Part shown: piece after piece, positions 1 to 12,497 of the stretch
Numbering within the stretch: position 1 is the first letter of the stretch
Layout of the letters: the number at the start of each line of letters is the position of its first letter
NCBI GenBank assembly: GCA_028877145.1
Contig: JAGWOX010000001.1
Coordinates: 1 to 61,456, forward strand
Reading direction: 5' to 3'
Length of the DNA stretch: 61,456 bases
From: Acidobacteriota bacterium
Lineage (GTDB): Bacteria; Acidobacteriota; Terriglobia; Acidiferrales; UBA7541
The notes under the pieces: model-generated
The model's database searches: none
Told to the model about the DNA's origin: nothing
What the model saw: only the letters and a program-made list of their open reading frames with translations
Made by a program: the position numbers and the translations under genes

Positions 1-2230
1 CGCTCTGCTCGCCGCCGGTGAAGAACCGGTTGTAGGGAGGCAGCACCTGGCCGGCGTAACCCGTGCCGAACGACGCCTGCATGTGGAACGCCAGCACGTT
101 CCGGTGATGGTTGATCGGATGGAAATACTTCATCTCGAACGAGGGCAGAATCGCGTTCACATTTCCGCCCAGACCCTCGTAGCCCAAACCGCCGAAGAAA
201 TACTTGCCGGCGGTCGGGTTGAGCGTGTCGTTCACCGTGCTGTAGGTGATCGTCGGCATGAACTGGCTGGCGACGATGCCCTGCAGTTGCGACGGTCCGG
301 CGAAACTGCGGAACTGCACCGCCTGAAAGAGCGCGGTCGACGCGCTGCTGAAGGCGGTGATGTTGCTGCGCGTATAGGAATAGTTCATCCCCAGCCGGGC
401 GAAGCTGAAGCGCCGGATCGGCGAACTGGCGAAGAGCGTGAAGCCGCTGCTGCTGATATTGTAGTTCTGCGCGATGTTGCCGGGAATATTCACCTGCTGG
501 CCCAGCAAGAGCGACGTCTCGCGCGCCTGGTCGTAGGCGTAGTAGGTCGAGAACACCGTGAACCCGGTGGAGATCGGCCGGTCCAGCAGATACGGTTCGG
601 TGAACCCGAAAACGATGTTGCGCTGCACGCTGCCGACGTCGGCCTCGAACGTGAGCGTCTCGCCAAGACCGAGGAAATTGTTGGTCTGGTAATTCAGTCC
701 GATGAACGTGCCGGCCAGGCCGCTCACTCCGCCGGTCAGGCCGATCGACTGCTTGCCCTTTTCCTTCACCTTCAGAAGGATGTCGACGGTGCCCTGCTGG
801 CTGTTGCGCTTGACGTCCGCGTTCTCCGGCTTGATCGGGTCGAAGTAGTCGAGCTGGTTGAGGCGCAGCAGGCTGAGTTCCCACAAATGGCTGTTGAACA
901 GGTCGCCTTCGTTGAGCAGCAGCTCCCGGCGGATCACCTTGTCGCGCGTCGTCGTGTTACCGCTGAAATCGATGCGGCGCACGTAATACTGCTTTTCCTC
1001 GTCGAACACCAGGGTCAGGTTGATGACTTTGTTCTTTTCGTCGATGTCGAATTGCGGCGTGGCCGTGAAATCGACGAAACCCCACGCGCCATACAGTTTG
1101 GTGTAGTTCTTGAACGAATCGCGCACCTTGCCCGCGTCGAAGATATCGCCCTGCTTCAGCGGAAAGACTTCCTTCAGGTACGCCTGCCTGAAGAACAACT
1201 TGCTCTCCGGGTCCGAGCTGCGGATGAAAAGCTTGCCGAGCTTGTACTGGGAGCCTTCCTCGATCGGAATCGTGATGTTGGTGGCTTTGCCGTGCACCGC
1301 GCCGATCCACGGAATCGGAATCCACGGTATCCCCGCCCGGTGCACGTCCACCGTCTTCATCATCGGGTCTTTCACCAGGACGCGGAAGTAGCCGTCGTTC
1401 TGATACAACGCCTGCACGCCCGTTGCAAGGTCGTCGTCCAGCTTGCCCTCATCGTACGTCTTGCTCATCACGGGAATATCGAACAGATACAGCGGAATCG
1501 CGTAGGGCCGCGTGTTCTTCATCGAGCGAACGATCTTCTCGCTGGTGAACGCCTTATTCCCCTGGATCGTGATCTTGCCCACCTTCACCTTGGGCCCTTC
1601 GTCGATGTTGAAGGTGAGGACCACCGCGTTGGCGGCGGGAATCTTCGTGTAGGTGGGCTTGACGGTGGCGAACTGGCGGCCGTGCGCGGCGAGCAAGGCC
1701 TTGATCACCACCACCGCGCGCTTCACCTTGGTGGGATCGAAGCGGTCCTCCACCGAGAGATGAACCTTGGCGTGCTTGTACGCGTCGAGAATGTCGGATT
1801 CCTGCACCGAATGATTTCCCACGTATTTGATCAGCCGGATCACCGGGCTCTCGGTGACGTAAAAGATGACGATTTTGCCGTTCTTTACGCGGGGATCGTC
1901 CTGGACGATCAGTTGAATATCGGAGAAATAGCCCGTATTCCAGAGCGCGTGGAAATCCCGGCGCAAAGCCTCGGGATCGTAAGGATCGCCGACGCGCGTG
2001 AAAATCCGCGCCAGCAGCATGTCGCGCGGATAGGTCTGGTTGCCGTAGAACTCGATGTGCTCGACGAAGGGCTTTTGGGCCTGGGCCGTCGTCGACGGCG
2101 TCTGCACCGTCTCGAGCGGCCTCTGCGCCAGCGCCGGGACAGCCGTCATCCACAGCCCCGCGCACACAACCACAGCGGGCAGCAGAATACGGACAGCAAA
2201 ATTTTTGCGAGCGGCCGCCGCAGGCCTCAA
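1..2230 (-). CDS. bamA: Outer membrane protein assembly factor BamA. N-terminal signal peptide, POTRA repeats and start of the Omp85 barrel; the C-terminus runs off the left edge.
   Basis: Not in the ORF track because no stop lies in the window. My manual minus-strand translation is open from about 2230 to position 1. It reads ...KNFAVRILLPAVVVCAGLWMTAVPALAQ (signal peptide) ... EHIEFYGNQTYPRDMLLARIFTRVGDPYDPEALRRDFHALWNTGYFSDI ... RIDFSGNTTTRDKVIRRELLLNEGDLFNSHLWELSLLRLNQLDYF ... GLNYQTNNFLGLGETLTFEA, which are classic POTRA/BamA motifs. The proposed TTG start at 2230 follows GAGGGGGA; GTG at 2275 is an alternative. Confidence 0.85.
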   Translation of the reverse strand, partial: MRPAAAARKNFAVRILLPAVVVCAGLWMTAVPALAQRPLETVQTPSTTAQAQKPFVEHIEFYGNQTYPRDMLLARIFTRVGDPYDPEALRRDFHALWNTGYFSDIQLIVQDDPRVKNGKIVIFYVTESPVIRLIKYVGNHSVQESDILDAYKHAKVHLSVEDRFDPTKVKRAVVVIKALLAAHGRQFATVKPTYTKIPAANAVVLTFNIDEGPKVKVGKITIQGNKAFTSEKIVRSMKNTRPYAIPLYLFDIPVMSKTYDEGKLDDDLATGVQALYQNDGYFRVLVKDPMMKTVDVHRAGIPWIPIPWIGAVHGKATNITIPIEEGSQYKLGKLFIRSSDPESKLFFRQAYLKEVFPLKQGDIFDAGKVRDSFKNYTKLYGAWGFVDFTATPQFDIDEKNKVINLTLVFDEEKQYYVRRIDFSGNTTTRDKVIRRELLLNEGDLFNSHLWELSLLRLNQLDYFDPIKPENADVKRNSQQGTVDILLKVKEKGKQSIGLTGGVSGLAGTFIGLNYQTNNFLGLGETLTFEADVGSVQRNIVFGFTEPYLLDRPISTGFTVFSTYYAYDQARETSLLLGQQVNIPGNIAQNYNISSSGFTLFASSPIRRFSFARLGMNYSYTRSNITAFSSASTALFQAVQFRSFAGPSQLQGIVASQFMPTITYSTVNDTLNPTAGKYFFGGLGYEGLGGNVNAILPSFEMKYFHPINHHRNVLAFHMQASFGTGYAGQVLPPYNRFFTGGEQS

Positions 2231-2303
2231 GCCGCGATCCCCCTCTGTCGATTCGACGTCTTTTGCCGGACGCACCGAGACCCGGCTTGGTGCTGTAGGA
2301 TTC

Positions 2304-4730
<2,427 letters not shown>

Positions 4731-4733
4731 GGC

Positions 4734-5543
4734 TCAGCCTCGCTCCTTCCCGCCTGCCTCGACGGCGCCGGCTTGATGACCTGCTCCCCCCGCCCCCGCA
4801 ACGGGCGTCAGGGAACCGCGTTCCAGGACCAGGACGCGATGAGTACGTTGCGCCAAGGCCGCGTTGTGTGTGGCCAGAATCGTGGTCAACCGACGAGATT
4901 CGTGCAGATGCCCCATTAAACGAAACACCGCTTCCGCATTCTGCTCGTCCAGCTCCCCGGTGGGTTCGTCGGCAAGCAGAAGCTCGGGGCGGTTTACCAA
5001 AGCTCGGGCGATCGCCACACGCTGCCGTTCGCCTCCGGACAACTCCGCTGCTCGCTGCCCGGCTCGCCCGCCCAGCCCCACCTGCTCCAGCAAGTCGCCC
5101 GCCTCCGCGAGTGCCTCGCGGCGGGATACTCCGTCGAGCAGTAATGGCGCTGCCACGTTCTCCGCCGCGGTGAAGTCCGCCAGCAGGTGATGCCGCTGCC
5201 AGACGAAACCAACCGACCGCCGCCGGAACTCGGCCCGTTGCTCTTCCCCGAGCGAATGGAGCGCGCGAGACGCGAAGTATACTCGACCGCTTGTTGGCGT
5301 GTCTAGCGCGGCCACCAGTTGCAAAAATGTGCTTTTCCCCGCTCCTGATGCGCCGACTATCGCTACCCACTCGCCCCGCGCCACATCGAGATTCACGCCG
5401 CCGAGAACCACTCTTTCCGACGGACCCGAGCCGAAGACCTTCCTCAATCCTTCGACCCGCACCAGCGGCTCATTCCCGCCCCGCTCTTCGCTTTGGCGGT
5501 TGGTGTCCGCGATGGCCTCGACCATGTCCGGCACTTGGCCCAC
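4734..5543 (-). CDS. lolD: Lipoprotein-releasing ABC transporter ATP-binding protein LolD-like
   Basis: Has Walker A (GASGAGKST), the ABC signature (LSGGERQRVAIARAL) and Walker B (LLLADEPTGELD). It lies downstream of a LolC/E-type permease. The start may be ATG 5525 rather than GTG 5543. Confidence 0.8.
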   Translation of the reverse strand: MGQVPDMVEAIADTNRQSEERGGNEPLVRVEGLRKVFGSGPSERVVLGGVNLDVARGEWVAIVGASGAGKSTFLQLVAALDTPTSGRVYFASRALHSLGEEQRAEFRRRSVGFVWQRHHLLADFTAAENVAAPLLLDGVSRREALAEAGDLLEQVGLGGRAGQRAAELSGGERQRVAIARALVNRPELLLADEPTGELDEQNAEAVFRLMGHLHESRRLTTILATHNAALAQRTHRVLVLERGSLTPVAGAGGAGHQAGAVEAGGKERG

Positions 5544-5721
5544 CCTTCACCGCGATTTTAACACGGTGTGACGAACTCGTACCGCCGACAACGTGCTCGT
5601 TTTCTGCGGTGTTGTCCAGCACGTTCGGGACCGTAACGGCCACAATTTCGGCCTTGATTCCCGCACACTTAGCTTTTCCATACATACCTGCGCCTGCAAC
5701 GGTCTATGGCCCTTCGTACAT

Positions 5722-6948
5722 TTATTCGTAGCGCAGAATCTCGACCGGCTGCAGTCGCGCCGCTGACCATGCGGGATAAACCGTTGCGGCAACGCTCACG
5801 CCGAGCGCTAGCGCCGCGATCCAGACCGCGTCGAGCGCGCTCGTGTGAAATGGAACGTAGGAGATGGAGTAAATTTCCGGATTGAGCGGGATCAACTGCC
5901 AGGCGTTCGCGGTCCAGGCGACGGTGTAGCCCAACAGCAGCCCGATCACCGTCCCCACCGCTCCCACCGCCAGCCCCTGAAGGAGAAAAATTCTGCGCAC
6001 TTGCCGCCGCCGCGCTCCCATGGCCACCAGCACGGCGATGTCGCCTGCCCTGTCCACAACCGTCAACGCCAGCGCCACCAGGATGTTCAGGCCGGCCACG
6101 AAAGTGATCAGGCCGATGAAGATGGCCGTCACCAGCTTTTCCAGGCTGAGCGCGCGGAACAGCGCCCGGTTCTGCTCCATCCACGTGGTCGTGTCGTAAC
6201 CCGGCCCGGCCTCGCGCACGAGCGTCCGGGCCACCTCGGGCGCTTCGTCGGGATCGTAGAGCCGCACCTCGAGCACGCTCACCAGATCGCCGATGCCCGC
6301 CAGGTTCTGCGCCGCGCCGAGCGTCACGAACGCCCAATTCGCGTCGTAATCGTAAAATCCGGAATTGAAAATTCCCGCCACGCGGAAGCGCCGCGGCTGC
6401 GGCACCAGGCCGAACGGCGTCAGCGTCCCCTGCGGACTCGTCACCGTCAAATACTGGCCCACGCGCAGCCTGAGCGATTGCGCCAGGATGTGGCCGATGA
6501 GGATCGCGGGAATGCCGTCGCTGTCGGGCGCGAAATCGGCCGCGCCGCTCTCGATGCGCCGCAAGGCCTGATCGGAGGCCATCTCGAGCTGCGGATCGAC
6601 GCCCTTCAATACCGCGCCCTGCGCCTGTCCGTTGGCCGAAATCAGCACGGTGTTGTAAATGGCCGGCGCGATCGATTTCACACCGGGAGTTTTCGCGAGC
6701 CGCGCGACGAGCGGGCGCCAGTCGCGGATGCCTTCCTCGCCTTTGGGTTTCAGGTTGACGTGGGCGGTAACTTCCAGGAGGCGGCTCGAAATCGCGCGCC
6801 GGAATCCGCTGTCCATCGACAGCGAGATGACCAGCGCGACCACTCCCGCCGCGACGCCGACGATCGACAGCCAGGTGACCAGCCGTAACAGGGCAGGCTT
6901 GAAGGGCGACCGCAGGTAGCGCAGCGCCACCCACCCTTCGAATTTCAT
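5722..6948 (-). CDS. Lipoprotein-releasing system transmembrane subunit, LolC/LolE family (FtsX/MacB-type permease)
   Basis: Internal start [18 protein letters not shown]... within the track ORF 5722..7287. ATG 6948 overlaps the lysS stop as ATGA. The C-terminal end [13 protein letters not shown] is typical of the FtsX domain. Confidence 0.8.
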   Translation of the reverse strand: MKFEGWVALRYLRSPFKPALLRLVTWLSIVGVAAGVVALVISLSMDSGFRRAISSRLLEVTAHVNLKPKGEEGIRDWRPLVARLAKTPGVKSIAPAIYNTVLISANGQAQGAVLKGVDPQLEMASDQALRRIESGAADFAPDSDGIPAILIGHILAQSLRLRVGQYLTVTSPQGTLTPFGLVPQPRRFRVAGIFNSGFYDYDANWAFVTLGAAQNLAGIGDLVSVLEVRLYDPDEAPEVARTLVREAGPGYDTTTWMEQNRALFRALSLEKLVTAIFIGLITFVAGLNILVALALTVVDRAGDIAVLVAMGARRRQVRRIFLLQGLAVGAVGTVIGLLLGYTVAWTANAWQLIPLNPEIYSISYVPFHTSALDAVWIAALALGVSVAATVYPAWSAARLQPVEILRYE

Positions 6949-8564
6949 GACTCTTCGCCGGCCGCTTCCGCGGATTTCTCGCCGCCTTCGGGGCGCAGCA
7001 GTGGGAAGAGAATCACTTCGCGTATCGCGTGCGAATTCGTGAGCAGCATCACCAGCCGGTCGATGCCCACCCCCTCGCCCGCCGTCGGCGGCAAACCGTG
7101 GCTGAGCGCGCGGATGTAATCCATGTCCACTTCCTTGGGCATGTCCGCGCCGCCCTTTTCGACTTGCGCGCGGAAGCGGTGCTCCTGGTCCTCGGGATCG
7201 TTCAGCTCGCTGAAGCCGTTCGCCAATTCCATCCCCGCCACGAACAGTTCGAACCGCTCGGTGAGCGACGGATCGTCCGCCCGGCATTTGGAGAGCGGCG
7301 AAATCTCTACCGGGAAGTCGTAGATAAAGGTTGGCTGGATCAGATGGGGCTCCGCAACCGTCTCGAACAGGATACCGGTCAGTTCACCGTCGGAGACGGC
7401 TCTATCCGCCGCCTCTGCAATCGGCGGCTGGCCTGCCGAGATCGCGAAGCCGTTGTAGCGCTCGGCAATCGCGCGCGGTCCACCCGGTGAAGCGAGTTCC
7501 GCGACCGCCGGCGCCGCGCCCGCCGCGGCCGGCCAGTAAGTGGCGATGGCTTCCCGCATGGTGAGCCGCTTGAAGCTGCTGTAATCGATCTCGTGCTCTC
7601 CGTACGGGACGCGCGTGGTGCCGCACGCCTCCTCTGCCAGCATCCGGAAGAACTGCTCGGTGAGGTCCATCAATTCCGCGTAATCACTATACGCCTGATA
7701 GAACTCGAGCATTGTGAATTCAGGCTGATGGATCGCATCGATTCCTTCGTTGCGGAAATTCCGGTTGATTTCATAGACGCGGTCGAGACCGCCGACGACG
7801 AGCCGCTTCAGGTACAGTTCCGGCGCGATGCGCAGGTAGAGGTCGATATCGAGCGTGTTGTGGTGCGTGACGAAGGGCCGCGCCGTCGCTCCGCCCAGTA
7901 TGGAATGCATCATCGGCGTTTCGACTTCGACGTAGCCGCGCTCGTCGAAGAACCGCCGCAGAGCGGCGATGATTTTCGCCCGCTTCAGGAAAATCTCGCG
8001 CGTGCGCTCGTTGACCACCAGGTCCAGATACCGGCGGCGGTAGCGCTGGTCGACGTCGGCCAGGCCGTGCCATTTCTCCGGCAGGGGCAGCAGCGCCTTG
8101 GTGAGCACCTTCAGCCCCTCGACCCACACGGTGAGTTCGCCGGTTTTCGTGCGGAACAGGTGGCCCAGGACGCCAATGAAATCGCCAAGATCGAGCAGAC
8201 GGTACAGGGCGAAGCCGCGCTCGCCCACCGCGTCCAGCTTCACGTAGATCTGCAGTCGCCGCCCGTCGCCGCCCAGATGCGCGAATCCGGCCTTGCCGTG
8301 CCCGCGCAGCGAAAGGATTCTTCCGGCCACGCGCACCGGGACGCGCTCGGCATCGAGTTCCTCCGCGGTGCGTTCGCCGTATTGGTCCAGAATCTCCGCG
8401 ATCGTGTGCGAGCGCTCGAAGCGGTGAGGGTAGGCCTCTTCCCCCAGCGCTTCAATCTCGCGGAGTTTCTTCTGTCTCTGCAGGTATTGGTCTAAAGGTT
8501 CGAAGGGCAAGCGAGTTTCCTTCGTGGACAATGCGAAGTTTGGCAGTATACCGATCGTATTCAT
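6945..8564 (-). CDS. lysS: Lysine--tRNA ligase, class II
   Basis: 539 aa. Matches include [59 protein letters not shown] and GIDRLVMLL. It carries an insertion of about 50 aa ([17 protein letters not shown]...SDGELTG) compared with my memory of E. coli LysS. Confidence 0.92.
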   Translation of the reverse strand: MNTIGILPNFALSTKETRLPFEPLDQYLQRQKKLREIEALGEEAYPHRFERSHTIAEILDQYGERTAEELDAERVPVRVAGRILSLRGHGKAGFAHLGGDGRRLQIYVKLDAVGERGFALYRLLDLGDFIGVLGHLFRTKTGELTVWVEGLKVLTKALLPLPEKWHGLADVDQRYRRRYLDLVVNERTREIFLKRAKIIAALRRFFDERGYVEVETPMMHSILGGATARPFVTHHNTLDIDLYLRIAPELYLKRLVVGGLDRVYEINRNFRNEGIDAIHQPEFTMLEFYQAYSDYAELMDLTEQFFRMLAEEACGTTRVPYGEHEIDYSSFKRLTMREAIATYWPAAAGAAPAVAELASPGGPRAIAERYNGFAISAGQPPIAEAADRAVSDGELTGILFETVAEPHLIQPTFIYDFPVEISPLSKCRADDPSLTERFELFVAGMELANGFSELNDPEDQEHRFRAQVEKGGADMPKEVDMDYIRALSHGLPPTAGEGVGIDRLVMLLTNSHAIREVILFPLLRPEGGEKSAEAAGEES

Positions 8565-8597
8565 CCAGCGTCAAGAAATCCCCTTGCTTTCTGCCTC

Positions 8598-8606
8598 TGG
8601 TATAAT
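8598..8606 (+). promoter_or_regulatory. Candidate extended -10 promoter (TGgTATAAT) for the 8628 gene
   Basis: The sequence ctgGTATAAT lies 22 nt upstream of the TTG start. A GGAGG Shine-Dalgarno sits at 8619..8623. Confidence 0.35.
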
Positions 8607-8627
8607 TCACTGGCTCTTGGAGGCGTA

Positions 8628-9326
8628 TTGGGTTTTCGCTCCAGCACGGATCCCACCGCCGACCGCTCGGTCCGCGAAGAATGGCTGGCCGGGTTGCCCG
8701 AGGCGAAGCAACGCGCCTTTCAAAACGCCATCACGCCGCTCGAAGCCGGCTACGCCATGTTCAGCATTGCCGTCAACGAATCCTTTGCGCTGCGCCGCTC
8801 GGGCTCGCTCGTCCGCGCGCGGGAGCAGGTGGGCACGACGGCCGGCGTGATGCACCGCTTCTCCGACCAGCTCTCGCATCTGCTGGACGTGATTATCGAG
8901 CAGGCGCGCGAATCCGCGCACACGCCGCGGGTGGCGCCGCTCAATCCGGCCTTCTTCCGCTGGCCGATCTCGCGGCGGCTGGCTTCGTGGGAGAGCGTGA
9001 TCGATCTTGTGCTGCCGACCCGCGGGCTGCGCTTTCGGCGCAAGCTCAACGCCCTGTTGCGGTCGGTGAATCACCTGGCGGGGGAGTTTCATTACGCGGC
9101 CCGGGAGATTTCCGAAGGTTCCTCGGTTCACCCGGAGAGCCATTGGGAGGCTCTCGATTCGCTGCATTACGACTTGAACACGTGCCTGCGGGAAACCATC
9201 GTAGTGTTGAAATCGTTTCTGCTGGGCCTCTCGCCCGCCGAACTGGACGCTTTCTGCCGGCGGCTGGCAAACACCGCGGTCGCAACGCCGGGTCAGGGAG
9301 CCGGCGTCTCGCATATATCGGCCTAG
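8628..9326 (+). CDS. Hypothetical protein, predicted all-helical, no family recognised
   Basis: 232-aa ORF with protein-like composition. TTG start preceded by GGAGG. Divergent from lysS. Confidence 0.55.
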   Translation: MGFRSSTDPTADRSVREEWLAGLPEAKQRAFQNAITPLEAGYAMFSIAVNESFALRRSGSLVRAREQVGTTAGVMHRFSDQLSHLLDVIIEQARESAHTPRVAPLNPAFFRWPISRRLASWESVIDLVLPTRGLRFRRKLNALLRSVNHLAGEFHYAAREISEGSSVHPESHWEALDSLHYDLNTCLRETIVVLKSFLLGLSPAELDAFCRRLANTAVATPGQGAGVSHISA

Positions 9327-9520
9327 ACTCCCACCTCCGATCCCGGCAGAATGAGAAACGATATGCCTAGTACCGCCTTGATCCCAGGTAACTTGCCCGG
9401 TCGATGGCCGAACGGGAGGGGGGTGTATTCCGGGCGCGGGGCGTACAACTTCAGGAGGAAAGGGAGCATCGCAAAGAGTGTAAGTGTAGCGGTGCGGCCC
9501 GAACGGGTAGAGTGGCCCGC

Positions 9521-10195
9521 GTGAAACGGACCGAAACCGGGGAGCTGGCCGAGGCAGACGCAATCCGTCTGGCGCAGAAGGGCGATGCGAACGCATTCGA
9601 ACGCCTCTACCAACTGCACAGCCGGCGTGTGTATTCTCTCTGCTTGCGCATGGTCGGCAACCCGGCATCCGCGGAAGACCTGGCTCAGGAGGCTTTCCTC
9701 CAGCTCTTCCGCAAGATCCAGACGTTTCGCGGCGAATCCGCTTTCTCGACCTGGCTGCACAGGCTTACGGTGAATGTTGTGTTGATGCGTTTGCGGCGTA
9801 AGAACGTGTTGGAAACCTCGCTTGACGAGCTTGGCGAGCAAGACGAGGATTCCGGGGGACCTCCGCGCGAGGTTGGCACGCCCGATCTCAAGCTTTCGGG
9901 TTCGATTGATCGGGTCAATCTCGAGCGGGCGGTAGGGCAGCTGCCGCCGGGCTACCGGGCCGTATTCCTCATGCATGATGTGGAGGGGTACGAGCACAAC
10001 GAAATTGCCGACATGCTGGGCTGCTCGATCGGGAATTCGAAGTCCCAGCTGCACAAGGCGCGCACTCGATTGCGCGAATTGTTGCAGGAGGCCGAACGAG
10101 ACCATGCCCGCGAAGTGCGGCAGGAAGCCAAGCGAGACCTGGATGATCCTGAGTCGCCGGAAAGTGAAACTCGGCCGGCGCGGCAGGGTTCATAA
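9521..10195 (+). CDS. RNA polymerase ECF-type sigma-70 factor
   Basis: Region 2 ([39 protein letters not shown]) and region 4 ([46 protein letters not shown]) are both present. I chose GTG 9521; the track ORF begins at 9404. The start is uncertain. Confidence 0.85.
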   Translation: MKRTETGELAEADAIRLAQKGDANAFERLYQLHSRRVYSLCLRMVGNPASAEDLAQEAFLQLFRKIQTFRGESAFSTWLHRLTVNVVLMRLRRKNVLETSLDELGEQDEDSGGPPREVGTPDLKLSGSIDRVNLERAVGQLPPGYRAVFLMHDVEGYEHNEIADMLGCSIGNSKSQLHKARTRLRELLQEAERDHAREVRQEAKRDLDDPESPESETRPARQGS

Positions 10196-10204
10196 GGTGC
10201 TGCC

Positions 10205-10858
10205 ATGAACTGTAACGAATTCGTATATCAGTCTGAACGATGGATGGAGGGCGATCGGACCCCGGAAGCGCGCGAGCACGCGATGGCTTGCGAGCACTGC
10301 CGCTCCCTGGTCGAGGATCTCGACGAGATCCGCCTCTTCGCTCCCCAACTCTCCGCGACGGCGGCTCCGCCCGAGCGGCTGTGGACCTCGATCCGCGCGC
10401 AACTCGAGCGCGAGGGCCTGGTACGCCAGCCCAAGTGGACGGAGCGGCTGGGCGCCTGGGTCCGCGTGTCGGCGCGTCCGGTGGCCACGGCCACTGCCGC
10501 GGCGGTGACGCTGGCCCTGATTGCGCTGACCGTCGCCACGCGCGTGCAAACGCCGCGTCCGGCGGCCACCGGCCCCGTCTGGCTCTCGAGCGATCAGCCC
10601 GAGCTCTCGAGCATCGACAAGCAGCTCGATCACGCCGAGCGCGGCGCGATCCGCTCGCTGCATACGCCCAATCCCGCTGTCCGCGAGGCGTTGCAGGAGA
10701 ATCTGATGATCATCGATCGCCAGATCGCCCGCTGCGAGAAGACGCTCGAGCAGGCGCCTTCGGATGAAAATACGCGGGATTATCTCTACGACGCCTATCA
10801 GCAGAAGGCCGAGTTGCTCAACATGATGGCGGAACGCAGTACCGCCTCGGCCGAATAG
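10205..10858 (+). CDS. Anti-sigma factor (zf-HC2 type, single TM)
   Basis: The N-terminus MNCNEFVYQSERWMEGDRTPEAREHAMACEHCRSLV contains an H-x3-C-x2-C motif. A central hydrophobic helix (AAAVTLALIALTVA) follows. It lies immediately downstream of the ECF sigma gene. Confidence 0.72.
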   Translation: MNCNEFVYQSERWMEGDRTPEAREHAMACEHCRSLVEDLDEIRLFAPQLSATAAPPERLWTSIRAQLEREGLVRQPKWTERLGAWVRVSARPVATATAAAVTLALIALTVATRVQTPRPAATGPVWLSSDQPELSSIDKQLDHAERGAIRSLHTPNPAVREALQENLMIIDRQIARCEKTLEQAPSDENTRDYLYDAYQQKAELLNMMAERSTASAE

Positions 10859-10911
10859 CGATACAATCGCTCGGCGGCGAATCCAGGAATTAGGACGCAA
10901 AGGACGAAGAC

Positions 10912-11766
10912 ATGAGAACTGGAGGGAGGGCGCTCGGGCCCGTTGTGGCTCTGGGATTTGTGTTGGCTGGCGTCCCGGCTCTGGCCAGTCGCATCCAAAA
11001 AAATTTCAAGGTCGCCTCTCACCCCGTACTCACCGTCCACAATTCCAGCGGCAGCATCGTGATCCGCACCTGGCAGAAGCAGGAAGTGCAGGTGGTCGCC
11101 GATCACAAAAGTCAGAAAGTGGATGTCGGCGCGGAGTTGAAGGGAAACATGGTCGAAGTGACGACCCGTTTCCTCACCGACGACCTCACGCCCGCCGATC
11201 TCGAAACCGATTACCAGATTACCGTTCCGCCGGAAACCGAGCTTTCCATCCACAACGATTCCGGAACCATCGACGTGCAGGGCGTGCTTGGCGATTTGTC
11301 GTTTGAAACCGTGGCAGCCGATGTCAATCTCAGCAAGGTGACCGGCTACGTCACCGCCCGCACCGTCGGCGGCTCGTTCACCTGCAACGAATGCTCGGGG
11401 CGCATCGACGCCCATTCGATCAGCGGCGCCATCAACGTGATCGGCTCGGTCTCCCAGAATGTGCAGGCCAGCTCCTCCACCGGCAATATCATGCTCGACA
11501 GCGATTTGCTGCCCAACGGGATCTACCACCTGCGCAATTACAGCGGCCAGATCGACGTTCTCTTTTCGCCCTCGGATTCCTTCGACGTCAGCGCCGTCTC
11601 GATGCGCGGCAAGGTGGAGAACGAGGCCGATCTCAAGCAATCGCAGCAGCCGGAACGCAACCTGCCGTCCTTCGCCCGCTCGCTGTTCGGCGTTTACAAC
11701 GAGGGCCGCGCCCGCCTCATCCTCAACTCGTTCAGTGGTACAATCGTGATCCGCCGGCGGCAGTAA
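10912..11766 (+). CDS. DUF4097-like beta-strand-repeat protein (putative adhesin fold), secreted
   Basis: Has a signal peptide and repeated motifs: SGSIVIRT, DSGTIDVQGV, VGGSFTC, ISGAINVIG, STGNIMLDS, YSGQIDVLF, FSGTIVIRR. Confidence 0.65.
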   Translation: MRTGGRALGPVVALGFVLAGVPALASRIQKNFKVASHPVLTVHNSSGSIVIRTWQKQEVQVVADHKSQKVDVGAELKGNMVEVTTRFLTDDLTPADLETDYQITVPPETELSIHNDSGTIDVQGVLGDLSFETVAADVNLSKVTGYVTARTVGGSFTCNECSGRIDAHSISGAINVIGSVSQNVQASSSTGNIMLDSDLLPNGIYHLRNYSGQIDVLFSPSDSFDVSAVSMRGKVENEADLKQSQQPERNLPSFARSLFGVYNEGRARLILNSFSGTIVIRRRQ

Positions 11767-11792
11767 GCCTCCTCCGCAAGGCGCGACACCTG

Positions 11793-12335
11793 ATGTCGGT
11801 TCCCGTTTCCCGCAAACTGATCGCCCTCACCGGCTTCATGGGCTGTGGCAAAACGACCGTCGGCCGCCTGCTGGCCGAGCGCCTGGGCTGGCGCTTCGTC
11901 GATCTGGATACGCGCATCGTCGAGCGGGCCGAGGCGCCGATCGTCGACATCTTCCGGCTCCATGGCGAGCCGGCCTTCCGCCGGATCGAGGGCGAGGTCC
12001 TCGAGCGCGCCATCGGCGAGACCGTCGAAGGCGGCCGCTCCACCGTCCTCGCCCTGGGCGGCGGGACGCTCACCCGGCCGGAAAATCTCTCGCGTCTGCG
12101 CCAGGCCGGGGCCTTGCTCCTCTGGCTCGATTGCCCGGTGGAAGAACTGCTCCAGCGCTGCGCCGGCGTGAGCGACCGGCCGCTCTTCCGCGACGAGACC
12201 GGCTTCCGCCTCCTCTACAGCGAACGCTTCCCGATCTATTTGCAGGCCGGCATCCGCATCGAGGCCACCGCCGACCCCGCGCAAATCGTCGACCGCATCC
12301 TGTCTAAATTGCACCGCGAAACCGTCGAAGCGTAA
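11793..12335 (+). CDS. aroK: Shikimate kinase
   Basis: Internal start MSVPVSRKLIALTGFMGCGKTTVGRLLAERLGWRFVDLD, containing a P-loop, followed by GEPAFRRIEGEVL and LGGG. Confidence 0.87.
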   Translation: MSVPVSRKLIALTGFMGCGKTTVGRLLAERLGWRFVDLDTRIVERAEAPIVDIFRLHGEPAFRRIEGEVLERAIGETVEGGRSTVLALGGGTLTRPENLSRLRQAGALLLWLDCPVEELLQRCAGVSDRPLFRDETGFRLLYSERFPIYLQAGIRIEATADPAQIVDRILSKLHRETVEA

Positions 12336-12348
12336 ACGCCGAGCCCGC

Positions 12349-12371
12349 GTAGCGCCGACCTTCAGGGCGGC
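12349..12371 (+). repeat. GTAGC-hairpin repeat (TTCA loop), copy 1
   Basis: GTAGCGCCGACCTTCAGGGCGGC forms a 7-bp stem with one mismatch around a TTCA loop. Similar copies lie at 18150 and 44353. Confidence 0.5.
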
Positions 12372-12439
12372 ATCTTCTCAGGCAAGGAGAGAGAAGGTAC
12401 CCCTACGCCAGCTTTCCCGCGCAAAGCGCATATCCCCAC

Positions 12440-12473
12440 AAAAAAACAGGGACCCGGCCAGGCCGAGCCCCTG
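12440..12473 (-). terminator. Rho-independent terminator for the PDZ gene
   Basis: On the minus strand, CAGGGGCTCGGCCTGGCCGGGTCCCTG is followed by TTTTTTT, 25 nt after the stop at 12498. Confidence 0.55.
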
Positions 12474-12497
12474 TGATTGAGGTTTGTCCGTTTGCGA

